Shown: positions 6,803 through 15,122 of the stretch, one piece after another
Layout: every line of letters begins with the position of its first letter
Position numbering within the stretch: position 1 is the stretch's first letter
IMG/VR virus record: IMGVR_UViG_3300032288_001804
Location: 1 to 64,000 of that record
From: a virus
Strand: one strand, 5' to 3'
DNA length: 64,000 nucleotides
Program-made: the position numbers and the translations under genes
The notes under the pieces: generated by a model
What the model was told of the DNA's origin: nothing
Seen by the model: only the letters and a program-made list of their open reading frames with translations
The model's database searches: none

Positions 6803-7801
6803 ATGACAACAAAGAAAAAAAATACAAGCTGGAATAGCCAGCGGGAAGGATTTCTTGACTCTTTGAAGTACATGAAGGGACGTCAACAAGGCCAAATCAA
6901 AAGCTTAAAGACACCCTGGGATAAGTTTAATGACGCAACAACAAGTGGTTTAGAGTGGAACTCAATGACGGTTATAGGCGGAAGACCGGCAAGTGGGAAA
7001 ACTCTTATTAAAGATCAAATAGTACGTGAAGCTTTTGTCTTGAATAAAGGCGAAAACTTTAGAGTACTGGAATTTCAGTTTGAGATGATAGCACGTACTT
7101 CGGCTATCCGTGAATACTCCAGCGTACTTGGTAAACCCTATAAGTACTTATGCAGTGCATCAGGGACAATTACCGATGATGATCTTCAAAAGTGTTATGA
7201 TTATGCAAAAGAAAGAGTACAATACCCTATAGATATCGTAGAGGATCCTTGTACAGTTAATGAGTTCAAAGAAATCATTAAGGACTACATGGAATACTAT
7301 GCTGAATCTGATGAAGATGGGGAAAAAGTATTTACAAAAACAATTGTAACGCTAGACCACTCGCTCTTACTCAAGAAGGCACCCTTTGAGAAAGACAAAT
7401 ATGACACGTTGTATAATTTAGGTGAGGCGCTAACGGAACTTAAACGTAAGTATCCAATAGCGTTTATTATCTTAAGTCAGCTTAATAGGAATATTGATAA
7501 TCCTGAGCGTAGTGAAGACGGCAAGTATGGTAATTACATACTAGAGTCTGATCTATTTGGAGCTGACGCTTTATTGCAGCATGCCGACACATTAGTAGGA
7601 ATCAACAGGCCTGGGAAACAAAAGATACGCTTATATGGTCCCGATAGATTTATTATCGAGGATGATAAGATTCTTGTAATGCATTTTATCAAGTGCCGTA
7701 ATGGCGATGCTAGAATGAGTTTCTTTAAAGCCGAATTTGAAAAAATGAAGATAGTTGAAATTGCTACTCCGCCACAACAAGAAAGAAAAATTAAATTCTA
7801 A
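6803..7801 (+). CDS. dnaB: DnaB-like replicative helicase (C-terminal ATPase domain only)
   Basis: Walker A GGRPASGKT, FQFEM, LDH, LSQLNR, IKCRNG. Confidence 0.9.
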   Translation: MTTKKKNTSWNSQREGFLDSLKYMKGRQQGQIKSLKTPWDKFNDATTSGLEWNSMTVIGGRPASGKTLIKDQIVREAFVLNKGENFRVLEFQFEMIARTSAIREYSSVLGKPYKYLCSASGTITDDDLQKCYDYAKERVQYPIDIVEDPCTVNEFKEIIKDYMEYYAESDEDGEKVFTKTIVTLDHSLLLKKAPFEKDKYDTLYNLGEALTELKRKYPIAFIILSQLNRNIDNPERSEDGKYGNYILESDLFGADALLQHADTLVGINRPGKQKIRLYGPDRFIIEDDKILVMHFIKCRNGDARMSFFKAEFEKMKIVEIATPPQQERKIKF

Positions 7802-7806
7802 GTAAC

Positions 7807-8367
7807 ATGTCAATAAGTACAACACAAAAAGCAGACAATGTAAAGGATAAGCTCCAAGACCTTAGACAGTATCATCAACCAACTTTTGATGCGCTAGGTA
7901 TTCCAGATGCACTTTACATCCCTAAGTTAATTTATCGCCCGCAAGGTAAAGATGAAATGCATTTCAGCATGTTTGTCGGCGAGCTTCGCAAAGAACAAGA
8001 TGTTTATACCGAAGCTGTAAGCCAGGCCAAAGATCCTGAAGATATTAATCGCACCTTGTATGTTTGGCGTTATAATCCACACTGGTTAGAAGAATATGAT
8101 ACCACCGAGCCTATGGCTAATGGTCAAGTAAGATATCTTATTCCAGCTGCTGAATTAGTTAAAGTTAACGTCCCTGGTAAAGAAGAGAAAAAAGCTATTT
8201 CTACTAAAGGTAAATCTCCTGCAGCTCCATTAACTATGGACTTTGATGAGATTTTAGATCCTAATAGCGACGCACCATTTGACCAATTAACAATTCGTGA
8301 TTTGGCCGCATTGCTATTAAAGAAGCCTGTAAGTAACAAGAAATGGTTGAATGATTTATTAAAATAA
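7807..8367 (+). CDS. hypothetical replication-module protein
   Basis: ORF between the helicase and the ATPase. Confidence 0.7.
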   Translation: MSISTTQKADNVKDKLQDLRQYHQPTFDALGIPDALYIPKLIYRPQGKDEMHFSMFVGELRKEQDVYTEAVSQAKDPEDINRTLYVWRYNPHWLEEYDTTEPMANGQVRYLIPAAELVKVNVPGKEEKKAISTKGKSPAAPLTMDFDEILDPNSDAPFDQLTIRDLAALLLKKPVSNKKWLNDLLK

Positions 8368-8368
8368 C

Positions 8369-9127
8369 ATGGAAATTAAATTACCGTTAGAAAAAGTTAA
8401 GGCTGTATCTCAAAGCCCAAGTAACTTGATTATCTTTTCAAAGCCTAAGACTGGTAAAACAACCTTGTTTGCCAACTTAGAGAATTGCCTTATTCTGGAT
8501 TTAGAAAATGGTGCCGATTATATTGACGCTATTAAGATTAAAGCAAGTTCAGTTGAAGAAATCAAGCATATTGGTAAAGCTATTAAAGATGCTGGTAACC
8601 CATATCAATACGTTGCTGTAGATACTATTACAGCATTAGAGGAGATGTGTGTTCCTTATGCCGAAGAACTTTATTCTAGAACACCTATGGGTAAAAACTG
8701 GTTTACATCAGGTAAGGCACAATCAGGTAAGGCACAATATGGTACTATTCTTAGTTTACCAAACGGTGCTGGTTATCCATATCTTAGAGAAGCTTTTACA
8801 AAGGTTGTTGATTATATCAAGACCTGGGCTCCTAGAACAATATTGGTAGGACACGTAAAAGACACCCTTCTTGAGAAAAACGGTTCCGAGTTTAACTCTT
8901 TAGACTTGGATTTAACCGGTAAACTAAAGAGAATATCTTGTTCCAATTCTGATGCTATAGGTTATCTATACCGAAAAGGCAAAACTAATATCTTAAGTTT
9001 TAAAACTTCTGATGAGATTGCCTGCGGTGCAAGACCTGAACACTTGAGAAATCAAGAGTTTGTAGTATCTGAGTTAACAGATGAAAACGTAATTAACGTA
9101 GATTGGAGTAAAATTTATATCGATTAA
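8369..9127 (+). CDS. Sak4-like / AAA_24 ATPase (single-strand annealing)
   Basis: SKPKTGKTT Walker A, ILDLENG, VAVDTIT, ILVGH; adjacent to an SSB-like gene. Confidence 0.8.
   Translation: MEIKLPLEKVKAVSQSPSNLIIFSKPKTGKTTLFANLENCLILDLENGADYIDAIKIKASSVEEIKHIGKAIKDAGNPYQYVAVDTITALEEMCVPYAEELYSRTPMGKNWFTSGKAQSGKAQYGTILSLPNGAGYPYLREAFTKVVDYIKTWAPRTILVGHVKDTLLEKNGSEFNSLDLDLTGKLKRISCSNSDAIGYLYRKGKTNILSFKTSDEIACGARPEHLRNQEFVVSELTDENVINVDWSKIYID
8707..8736 (+). repeat. 15-bp in-frame tandem duplication
   Basis: ATCAGGTAAGGCACA x2, encoding SGKAQ-SGKAQ. Confidence 0.9.
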
Positions 9128-9138
9128 CCCTAAGTAAA

Positions 9139-9831
9139 ATGATAAGTACAAAAGATGTAGTAAGTACAACTGGTGGATCCAGTGTACCTAAAGTAATTCA
9201 ACCAGGTAATGAAACATGTACAGTGTTGAACATTAAGCTAGAACCAGCTCGCTTTAAAGAAGGTGGTTATGATATTATCCTTAACGTTGAAGGTCCAGCA
9301 ATGGGCGATGACTTTGAAGGCTTTTGGATTAACAAAGATGATCAATCTTTGGGACGCCATTTAGGTCAAGTAGGTCGCATTCGTGCAAGTGAATATCCTT
9401 ATGCTGATGGTACTACTAAAAGTGGTATTGAGGTAAGTCGTGATAAAGAGCTTCTACGTTTCTTGCAATCTTTTTGTAAGGAAACTAAATCTCTTGAATG
9501 GTTTGTGCAGCAAGATAACAAGCATGAAACCATTGAATCTTTATTTGAGGCTTTCAACAATGATAAGCCATTTGCAGGTAAAGAAATTCGCATGTGTATT
9601 GCGGGTAAAGAGTATGTGAATAAAGAAGGTTATACTAACTATGATTTATTCTTGCCTAAGTATTCTCGTGGTCAAGTGCCATTTGAGTCTGCTAGCATTG
9701 AAGAAAATTCTAGTAAAGTTGTAGCTTTTGATGAGCAAATCCACGTTAAGAAACGTAAAGTTGAAAGCGTAAGCTCATTTGGTGATGATCAGCCTGCAGC
9801 TCCAAAAGCTACGGGTGACTTTGAACTTTAA
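9139..9831 (+). CDS. putative single-stranded DNA-binding protein
   Basis: Follows the Sak4-like ATPase; acidic/aromatic tail GDDQPAAPKATGDFEL. Confidence 0.6.
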   Translation: MISTKDVVSTTGGSSVPKVIQPGNETCTVLNIKLEPARFKEGGYDIILNVEGPAMGDDFEGFWINKDDQSLGRHLGQVGRIRASEYPYADGTTKSGIEVSRDKELLRFLQSFCKETKSLEWFVQQDNKHETIESLFEAFNNDKPFAGKEIRMCIAGKEYVNKEGYTNYDLFLPKYSRGQVPFESASIEENSSKVVAFDEQIHVKKRKVESVSSFGDDQPAAPKATGDFEL

Positions 9832-9847
9832 TATCAATTGAATATAG

Positions 9848-9872
9848 AGGGGAGTGTAATGCTCCCCTTTTT
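9848..9872 (+). terminator. intrinsic terminator
   Basis: AGGGGAGT-GTAAT-GCTCCCCT followed by TTTT. Confidence 0.75.
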
Positions 9873-9890
9873 ATTCTTAATACATTTAAC

Positions 9891-10847
9891 ATGATTAGTA
9901 CAAAATTACAAGCTACAACTGCTAATAGCATTCCATCTTATTGGGTGTTTGAACATTTTTGCAAATTAGATACTAAACTTGTTGGTCAAAATATCAAGAT
10001 TAAATCTCCTTTTAATCCAGCGGAGACTAATCCTAGCTTTTGTATATATGTAAAAGGCAATAAATATTGCTTCAAAGATTTCTCTACAGATAATGGGGGC
10101 AATCATATTGAGTTTGTAAAACTTATTTATAATTGCGATGCTATACAGGCTGCAACAATTATGCTTGAGGAGTACAATAAAACTATTGGATTAGATGATG
10201 AAAGGTTTATTGAACCTGAGGGTCGCTATGAGGTAACTAGCTATCAAGAAAGAAAGTGGACTAACCTAGACGCAGAATATTGGACGCAATTTAAGATTGA
10301 TTCTAATACTCTTAACCATTATGATGTAAGACCTATTGAGTCTTATATTATGGAGAAAGAGAATGCTCCAGATGTTACTATGAAAAGTGCATATTTCTAT
10401 GGTTACTTTAGAAGTAGCGGCGAGTTGTATAAAATTTATCAGCCAAAAAATAAAGAGAACAAGTTTATAAAGGTTAATGGTTATATCCAGGGCACTGATC
10501 AATTAAAATTTGATAAGCCCAATCTTATAATCTGCAGCTCTCTTAAAGATATTATGGCATTAAGCAAGTTTGGTTATAACGCTGAATTTGTAGCGCCAGA
10601 TAGCGAGAATACAATGATTCCTAGTGGGTCAATTGCAATGTATAAAGATCGTTATAAGGCAATATGTACTCTATTTGATTATGATGAAGCGGGTATAAGA
10701 TCTGCAGATAAGTATAAAAAACTATATGGGATAAATAAAGTTATCCTACCTATGTCTAAAGACTTATCCGATTCTGTACGTGATTTTGGTATTCAAAAGG
10801 TACATGAAGAATTATTTCCTTTATTAAAACAAGCATTAAAAAAATAA
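9891..10847 (+). CDS. DNA primase (DnaG/TOPRIM type)
   Basis: SPFNPAETNPSF...FKDFS N-domain; SSLKD, APDSE, LFDYDEAG, KDLSD. Confidence 0.85.
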   Translation: MISTKLQATTANSIPSYWVFEHFCKLDTKLVGQNIKIKSPFNPAETNPSFCIYVKGNKYCFKDFSTDNGGNHIEFVKLIYNCDAIQAATIMLEEYNKTIGLDDERFIEPEGRYEVTSYQERKWTNLDAEYWTQFKIDSNTLNHYDVRPIESYIMEKENAPDVTMKSAYFYGYFRSSGELYKIYQPKNKENKFIKVNGYIQGTDQLKFDKPNLIICSSLKDIMALSKFGYNAEFVAPDSENTMIPSGSIAMYKDRYKAICTLFDYDEAGIRSADKYKKLYGINKVILPMSKDLSDSVRDFGIQKVHEELFPLLKQALKK

Positions 10848-10851
10848 AATT

Positions 10852-11133
10852 ATGGAAGAAGAAAATTTAAAATCAGCATATGCTATTTTACAGAATTCAA
10901 CATATGGAGCCTATGGAGTTATGCATGATTCGTTACCTGAACCTACGCCTAAATATTATAGTAGTGATTATGATAAATTACTTGATCGGATTGACTCACT
11001 TTGTTTACCAGACCAAGCAGATAAGGTAATAGTTAAAATACTTGACACTATTAAAGGTTATGATGCTGAGGATACTCACCGTCACTTAAATGATATGCTA
11101 ATGCAAATAGCTAGAAAACATGTGGGTTTATAA
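10852..11133 (+). CDS. hypothetical protein, paralog 1
   Basis: Shares CLPDQADKV..IL...GYDA.DTHR with the next gene. Confidence 0.75.
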   Translation: MEEENLKSAYAILQNSTYGAYGVMHDSLPEPTPKYYSSDYDKLLDRIDSLCLPDQADKVIVKILDTIKGYDAEDTHRHLNDMLMQIARKHVGL

Positions 11134-11158
11134 ATTAAAAAAATTAAAAAATAAAATT

Positions 11159-11398
11159 ATGTCAGCAACATTAACAACATATCCTATGCAAGAGGGAGTA
11201 ACATATGAAACACCTCTTACAAGACATGAGCGTCTTCGTAATAGAATTCAGAAGTACTGCTTACCTGATCAAGCTGATAAAGTAATGCTTACTATATTAG
11301 CTGAAGTTCAGGGATATGACGCACAGGATACTCATCGTAATACTACTAGCATTATGGCAGAGCTAGCTGCAAGTACTTTAGGTATAAAGATACCATGA
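11159..11398 (+). CDS. hypothetical protein, paralog 2
   Basis: Start MSATLTT; same motif and same A-rich leader AAAATAAAATTATG. Confidence 0.75.
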   Translation: MSATLTTYPMQEGVTYETPLTRHERLRNRIQKYCLPDQADKVMLTILAEVQGYDAQDTHRNTTSIMAELAASTLGIKIP

Positions 11399-11814
11399 GC
11401 TGGTCATATCAATTTAAAGAGTTCACCGAGGACATGATTCCTGATGGTGCTGTAGGATTTGTATACCAGATGGATGTTATCATAAATGGTGAACGCAAGT
11501 CCTATATAGGTAAGAAGAACTTCTTTGCTGATGTAAAGACTAAGCTCAGCAAGAAGGCTATGCCTACGGATAAACGTAAAAAGACTTACAAACGCGTAAG
11601 AAAAACTGTATATCAAAATTACTATAGTAGTAATGAAGTATTAAAGAAAGCTCACAAGGATGGTTTAGCTATTAGGAGAACTATCCTAAAGATATGTTAC
11701 TCTAAGACAGAGCTCTCTTATCAAGAGGTTAAATACCAATTTATGTGTGAAGTACTAGAGAAAGACTTCTGGTTAAACGCAAACATACTTGGTAGGTTCT
11801 ATAAGCAAAAGTAA
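11395..11814 (+). CDS. GIY-YIG nuclease family protein
   Basis: GFVY...SYIGKK...YYSS...E...LNANI. Confidence 0.75.
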   Translation: MSWSYQFKEFTEDMIPDGAVGFVYQMDVIINGERKSYIGKKNFFADVKTKLSKKAMPTDKRKKTYKRVRKTVYQNYYSSNEVLKKAHKDGLAIRRTILKICYSKTELSYQEVKYQFMCEVLEKDFWLNANILGRFYKQK

Positions 11815-11815
11815 T

Positions 11816-12166
11816 ATGGCAAGTACTAAAGTAGCAGCGCTAATGTCTCGTCTAAGAGACTTAGATATTCAGCGTGTAGAAATAAGATATGATGGCTCTG
11901 GAGATTCTGGATCCATAGATGATGTAGATTTTTATAAAGAGAAATGGGAAAGTATAGATGGTGTAGCCGAAGATTTACGCGGACTATGTGAAGATTTAGG
12001 TTATCATATACTAAATAACCATTATAACTGGGACTGGTATAATAATGATGGTGGGTACGGTACCGTTATCATAACACCTGATACAGACAAAATTACTATT
12101 AGTGGTTATGTTAGGGAGGTTACCGAGGCAGATGAATTGGTATCTCTAGAGAACATAGAATTCTAA
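11816..12166 (+). CDS. DUF6878-like protein
   Basis: YDGSGDSG...WYNNDGGYGTV; family recalled from motif. Confidence 0.6.
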   Translation: MASTKVAALMSRLRDLDIQRVEIRYDGSGDSGSIDDVDFYKEKWESIDGVAEDLRGLCEDLGYHILNNHYNWDWYNNDGGYGTVIITPDTDKITISGYVREVTEADELVSLENIEF

Positions 12167-12189
12167 TGGCCCATCCATATGATCATTAA
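12166..12189 (+). pseudogene. orphan 5' remnant of the DUF6915-like gene (MAHPYDH*)
   Basis: ATG GCC CAT CCA TAT GAT CAT TAA, coupled to the previous stop (TAATG); matches the N-terminus of ORF 13869. Confidence 0.75.
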
Positions 12190-12207
12190 TAATTAAAACT
12201 AAAAACT

Positions 12208-12462
12208 ATGAGTAAATTACTAATCACTAAGACAGAACTCCTTCATGATAAGGAGTATGACTTTATGGAGCAGCAAGATAAAAGCCTTGCTGATGTATGT
12301 ATAAAGTACGATGAGATAGTAGCAGTTAGGCAAAATGCAGATGAGGCTGACATTATTAACCCTGATATGTGTGTTGTCTATCTAAAAAGTGGAGAGCTAT
12401 TCTTCATCTTCACACCCTATGAAGAGGTGTTACGTTTTATGAAACAATTAAACCAAGATTAA
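12208..12462 (+). CDS. hypothetical protein
   Basis: ORF with an A-rich leader. Confidence 0.65.
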   Translation: MSKLLITKTELLHDKEYDFMEQQDKSLADVCIKYDEIVAVRQNADEADIINPDMCVVYLKSGELFFIFTPYEEVLRFMKQLNQD

Positions 12463-12467
12463 AAGCT

Positions 12468-12695
12468 ATGGAAAAAGAAACATTTCAAGAATTTTTAGAA
12501 AGAGAAGGCTACGATGAAGGTAGAACCCAAGAGATATGGGCAGACGGTGCTAGAAAAGGTGCTGAATGGCAAGCCAAACAAATGTATAGTAAGGAAGAAG
12601 TCTTAAACTTACTAATAGAGATGAATTCTTGGCCTACTATCTTTGATGGTGAAGAAGATATTACAGAGTGGTTTGAACAATTAAAAACTAAATAA
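12468..12695 (+). CDS. hypothetical protein
   Basis: GAEWQAKQMYSKEEV. Confidence 0.65.
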   Translation: MEKETFQEFLEREGYDEGRTQEIWADGARKGAEWQAKQMYSKEEVLNLLIEMNSWPTIFDGEEDITEWFEQLKTK

Positions 12696-12697
12696 CT

Positions 12698-12829
12698 ATG
12701 AGTAAACAAACTATTACATACCCTTGGTCTTGCACCTCTTGCAAAAAAGAAATGGTAGCAGGACCATATCCTGCATGGTTTTGCTTACGTAAAGAATGTG
12801 TTGAATATCTTAAACCTAAAAATTTATAA
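12698..12829 (+). CDS. small Cys-rich protein (43 aa, not in the ORF track)
   Basis: MSKQTITYPWSCTSCKKEMVAGPYPAWFCLRKECVEYLKPKNL. Confidence 0.55.
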   Translation: MSKQTITYPWSCTSCKKEMVAGPYPAWFCLRKECVEYLKPKNL

Positions 12830-12831
12830 CT

Positions 12832-13038
12832 ATGGAAAAGAAACAAACTGCGGTTGAATTATTAGAGCAACAATTAAAGGAGAGGTACTCTCTTATGAAC
12901 TCTGAACCACTATTTGAACAAGCCAAACAAATGGAGAAGGAGCAGATTATTGATGCTTATGAACAAGGTGATAAGTATAAGTTAAATTTTTCAGGGGAAC
13001 AATACTTCAACGAACTTTATGGAGGTCAAAATGAGTAA
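12832..13038 (+). CDS. hypothetical protein
   Basis: KQTAVE...QAKQMEKEQIIDAY. Confidence 0.65.
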   Translation: MEKKQTAVELLEQQLKERYSLMNSEPLFEQAKQMEKEQIIDAYEQGDKYKLNFSGEQYFNELYGGQNE

Positions 13039-13055
13039 GTAATTATGGCTCATCC

Positions 13056-13086
13056 TTGTATGTATGATTATTTTGTTGTATCTTTG
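13056..13086 (+). promoter_or_regulatory. Bacteroidota-type promoter of the HNH gene
   Basis: TTG(13056)-N20-TATCTTTG(13079-13086). Confidence 0.55.
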
Positions 13087-13105
13087 TATTATAAAGGGAT
13101 GCCAC

Positions 13106-13882
13106 ATGAAACATATATTAAAGCAAGGAGAAGTTATAACTGATAAACTTGGACAAGATACCAAACTTATTTATTTAGATGAGGCCGGTTATAAAGGAAA
13201 AGGAATGCGGTACATAAAAGTACAATGCCTTTCCTGTAAAGAAGATCATATAAAACAATATGCTTCAATTAGAGCTGGTTATATATCTACTTGTGGTGCA
13301 AAGTCTTGTAAAGTATCTAACCCATCACTGCATAAAATATCTTATAAACCAGGCCAACTAATACCTAATACAAGTTTTGTATACCTAGAGGAGGACATAC
13401 AGAAAAGTACATCTAATCATAGATACTTTAAAGTACAGTGCTCTTGTGATATTATAACTAGCATTAGAGTAGATAAGTTAAAAGGAACATGTAGAAAATG
13501 TGCTGATAAAAAAAGAAGAGAGTCCTTTACTCAAAAAAATAAAGAGAGTCTAATAAAGAATATTAGGAACTCTTATAAAAAAAATGCTTTACAAAGAGGT
13601 TATAGTTTTGAACTATCTGATAACTACTTTACAGATCTTATCTTTAGTAACTGTTATTATTGTAATGTAACACCTAATAATAAAATAAAAAAAGGTAACA
13701 AGTCAATATGCTATAATGGTGTTGACCGTAAAGATAATAACGATAACTATACAGAAAGCAACTGTGTTCCTTGTTGTGGAAAATGTAATATTATGAAAAA
13801 CAAATGGTCTCATGATGACTTTCTTAGTCACATAACTAAAATTATTAATAACTTTAATACAGAAGAAAATGCATCCGTATGA
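13106..13882 (+). mobile_element. HNH homing endonuclease
   Basis: Two Y.KVQC Zn-ribbon repeats; CYYC...NGVDRKDNNDNYTESNCVPCCGKCNIMK; probable start MKHILK. Confidence 0.85.
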
Positions 13883-14207
13883 TCACAGCCAGAGCTCCGT
13901 TAAGAAATGGGGTGGGGAGATTGGAGATTACCTACCTATTCATGAGTGGTTTGATGAAACTAAAGGGTGGCTAGGAGATAGTCGCCACAGGTTATTCAGA
14001 CATCATAGTGAAGGTATCTTCCAATGTGAAGAAATATTTGGCATCTATATTACTAACTCAGCCGGTAAAAAGGTTATGGTTAGATATATAGGTGAGCAAC
14101 ATGTAAAAGAAGATTGCAATGGTTATATACCAAGTGCAAAAGAATGGATTACTAATCTAGACAAGCCACCTATGTGGATGTTAAAAACCCAAAAGATAAA
14201 TGACTAA
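13869..14207 (+). CDS. DUF6915-like protein
   Basis: MHPYDHSQSSVKKWGG...HEWFDETK...RHHSEGIF...VRYIGEQHVKED. Confidence 0.7.
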   Translation: MHPYDHSQSSVKKWGGEIGDYLPIHEWFDETKGWLGDSRHRLFRHHSEGIFQCEEIFGIYITNSAGKKVMVRYIGEQHVKEDCNGYIPSAKEWITNLDKPPMWMLKTQKIND

Positions 14208-14706
14208 ACAAACAAACATGTTTATTGTAAAAGAGGTTGTACTACCTGGTGAAAATGACGACAACCTTACAATTTATGGTGAATATACTCTACCTGATGT
14301 AAACATCTTTAGAGAAGGTGATGTAATTACTTATAGTGAGATTGATGGATTACCTTTTTATATTAATGGTATACCATTTCATATAAGTGATCCCTATGAG
14401 GCTAAAGATGGTATAGAGATATACAATAGTAAAGAAGCTAGGGAGAATATTAAACCTGGTACAATGCTATTTGTAAAAAGTTCTGAGCCTGCTATTGCAG
14501 ATACCATTATTAAAAGAGATGATTATATTAATTATTTGACTATGGCAGATAACTATGCTATGCGAGTACATGATTATAATCTTTATGGCACCCTTGCAGA
14601 TTTTAGAAAATATAATTATGCAAGAAAAGGATACCTGGCGGGTTTTGCCGCAGCAAAATATGTGTTTGATAAAGAGCTTGAAAAATTAAAAAACCTTACA
14701 AAATAA
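14200..14706 (+). CDS. hypothetical protein
   Basis: ORF in operon. Confidence 0.7.
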   Translation: MTKQTNMFIVKEVVLPGENDDNLTIYGEYTLPDVNIFREGDVITYSEIDGLPFYINGIPFHISDPYEAKDGIEIYNSKEARENIKPGTMLFVKSSEPAIADTIIKRDDYINYLTMADNYAMRVHDYNLYGTLADFRKYNYARKGYLAGFAAAKYVFDKELEKLKNLTK

Positions 14707-15122
14707 TGACTGAAGTACACAAACTTACAGAGCAGAATTATTTTAATTTGCTAGACATGATTAACTCTACAGATACAGAGAATCATACCGTTGCAAAAGC
14801 TTTGATATCTAATTTAGATGTTAAAGAGAATCTTGTATATTTAATCTTATTGTATAAAGAGTTACCTTCTGCTAATACGCGTAAGCAATTCTTTGACGAA
14901 AAAGTAATTGCAGATCTTAAGTTATACTTTGAAGTAGACTTAGGTTATGCACATGTAGATTGGGATAACATAATAAACTATTTCTCTGCACCTAATCAAG
15001 ACCCGTTACATTTAGGATTCTGCCTTAGCAGATTTTCTCATGATGTAACTAATAGATTGCATGATGCGGGGTTTGCCTTTATTAAGAATTACAAAATTAA
15101 TCTGGTGCCTAAACATGGATAA
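14706..15122 (+). CDS. hypothetical helical protein sharing a motif with 17521 and 18608
   Basis: LTEQNYFNLLDMINSTDTENHTVAKALISN. Confidence 0.7.
   Translation: MTEVHKLTEQNYFNLLDMINSTDTENHTVAKALISNLDVKENLVYLILLYKELPSANTRKQFFDEKVIADLKLYFEVDLGYAHVDWDNIINYFSAPNQDPLHLGFCLSRFSHDVTNRLHDAGFAFIKNYKINLVPKHG

Noticed and set aside
13057-13877. Group I intron joining ATG GCT CAT CCT to TAT GAT CAC (U...G boundaries fit)
   Set aside because: Almost no non-coding sequence is available for a catalytic core, and the downstream gene has its own ATG; a duplicated start is simpler, although RT-PCR would be decisive
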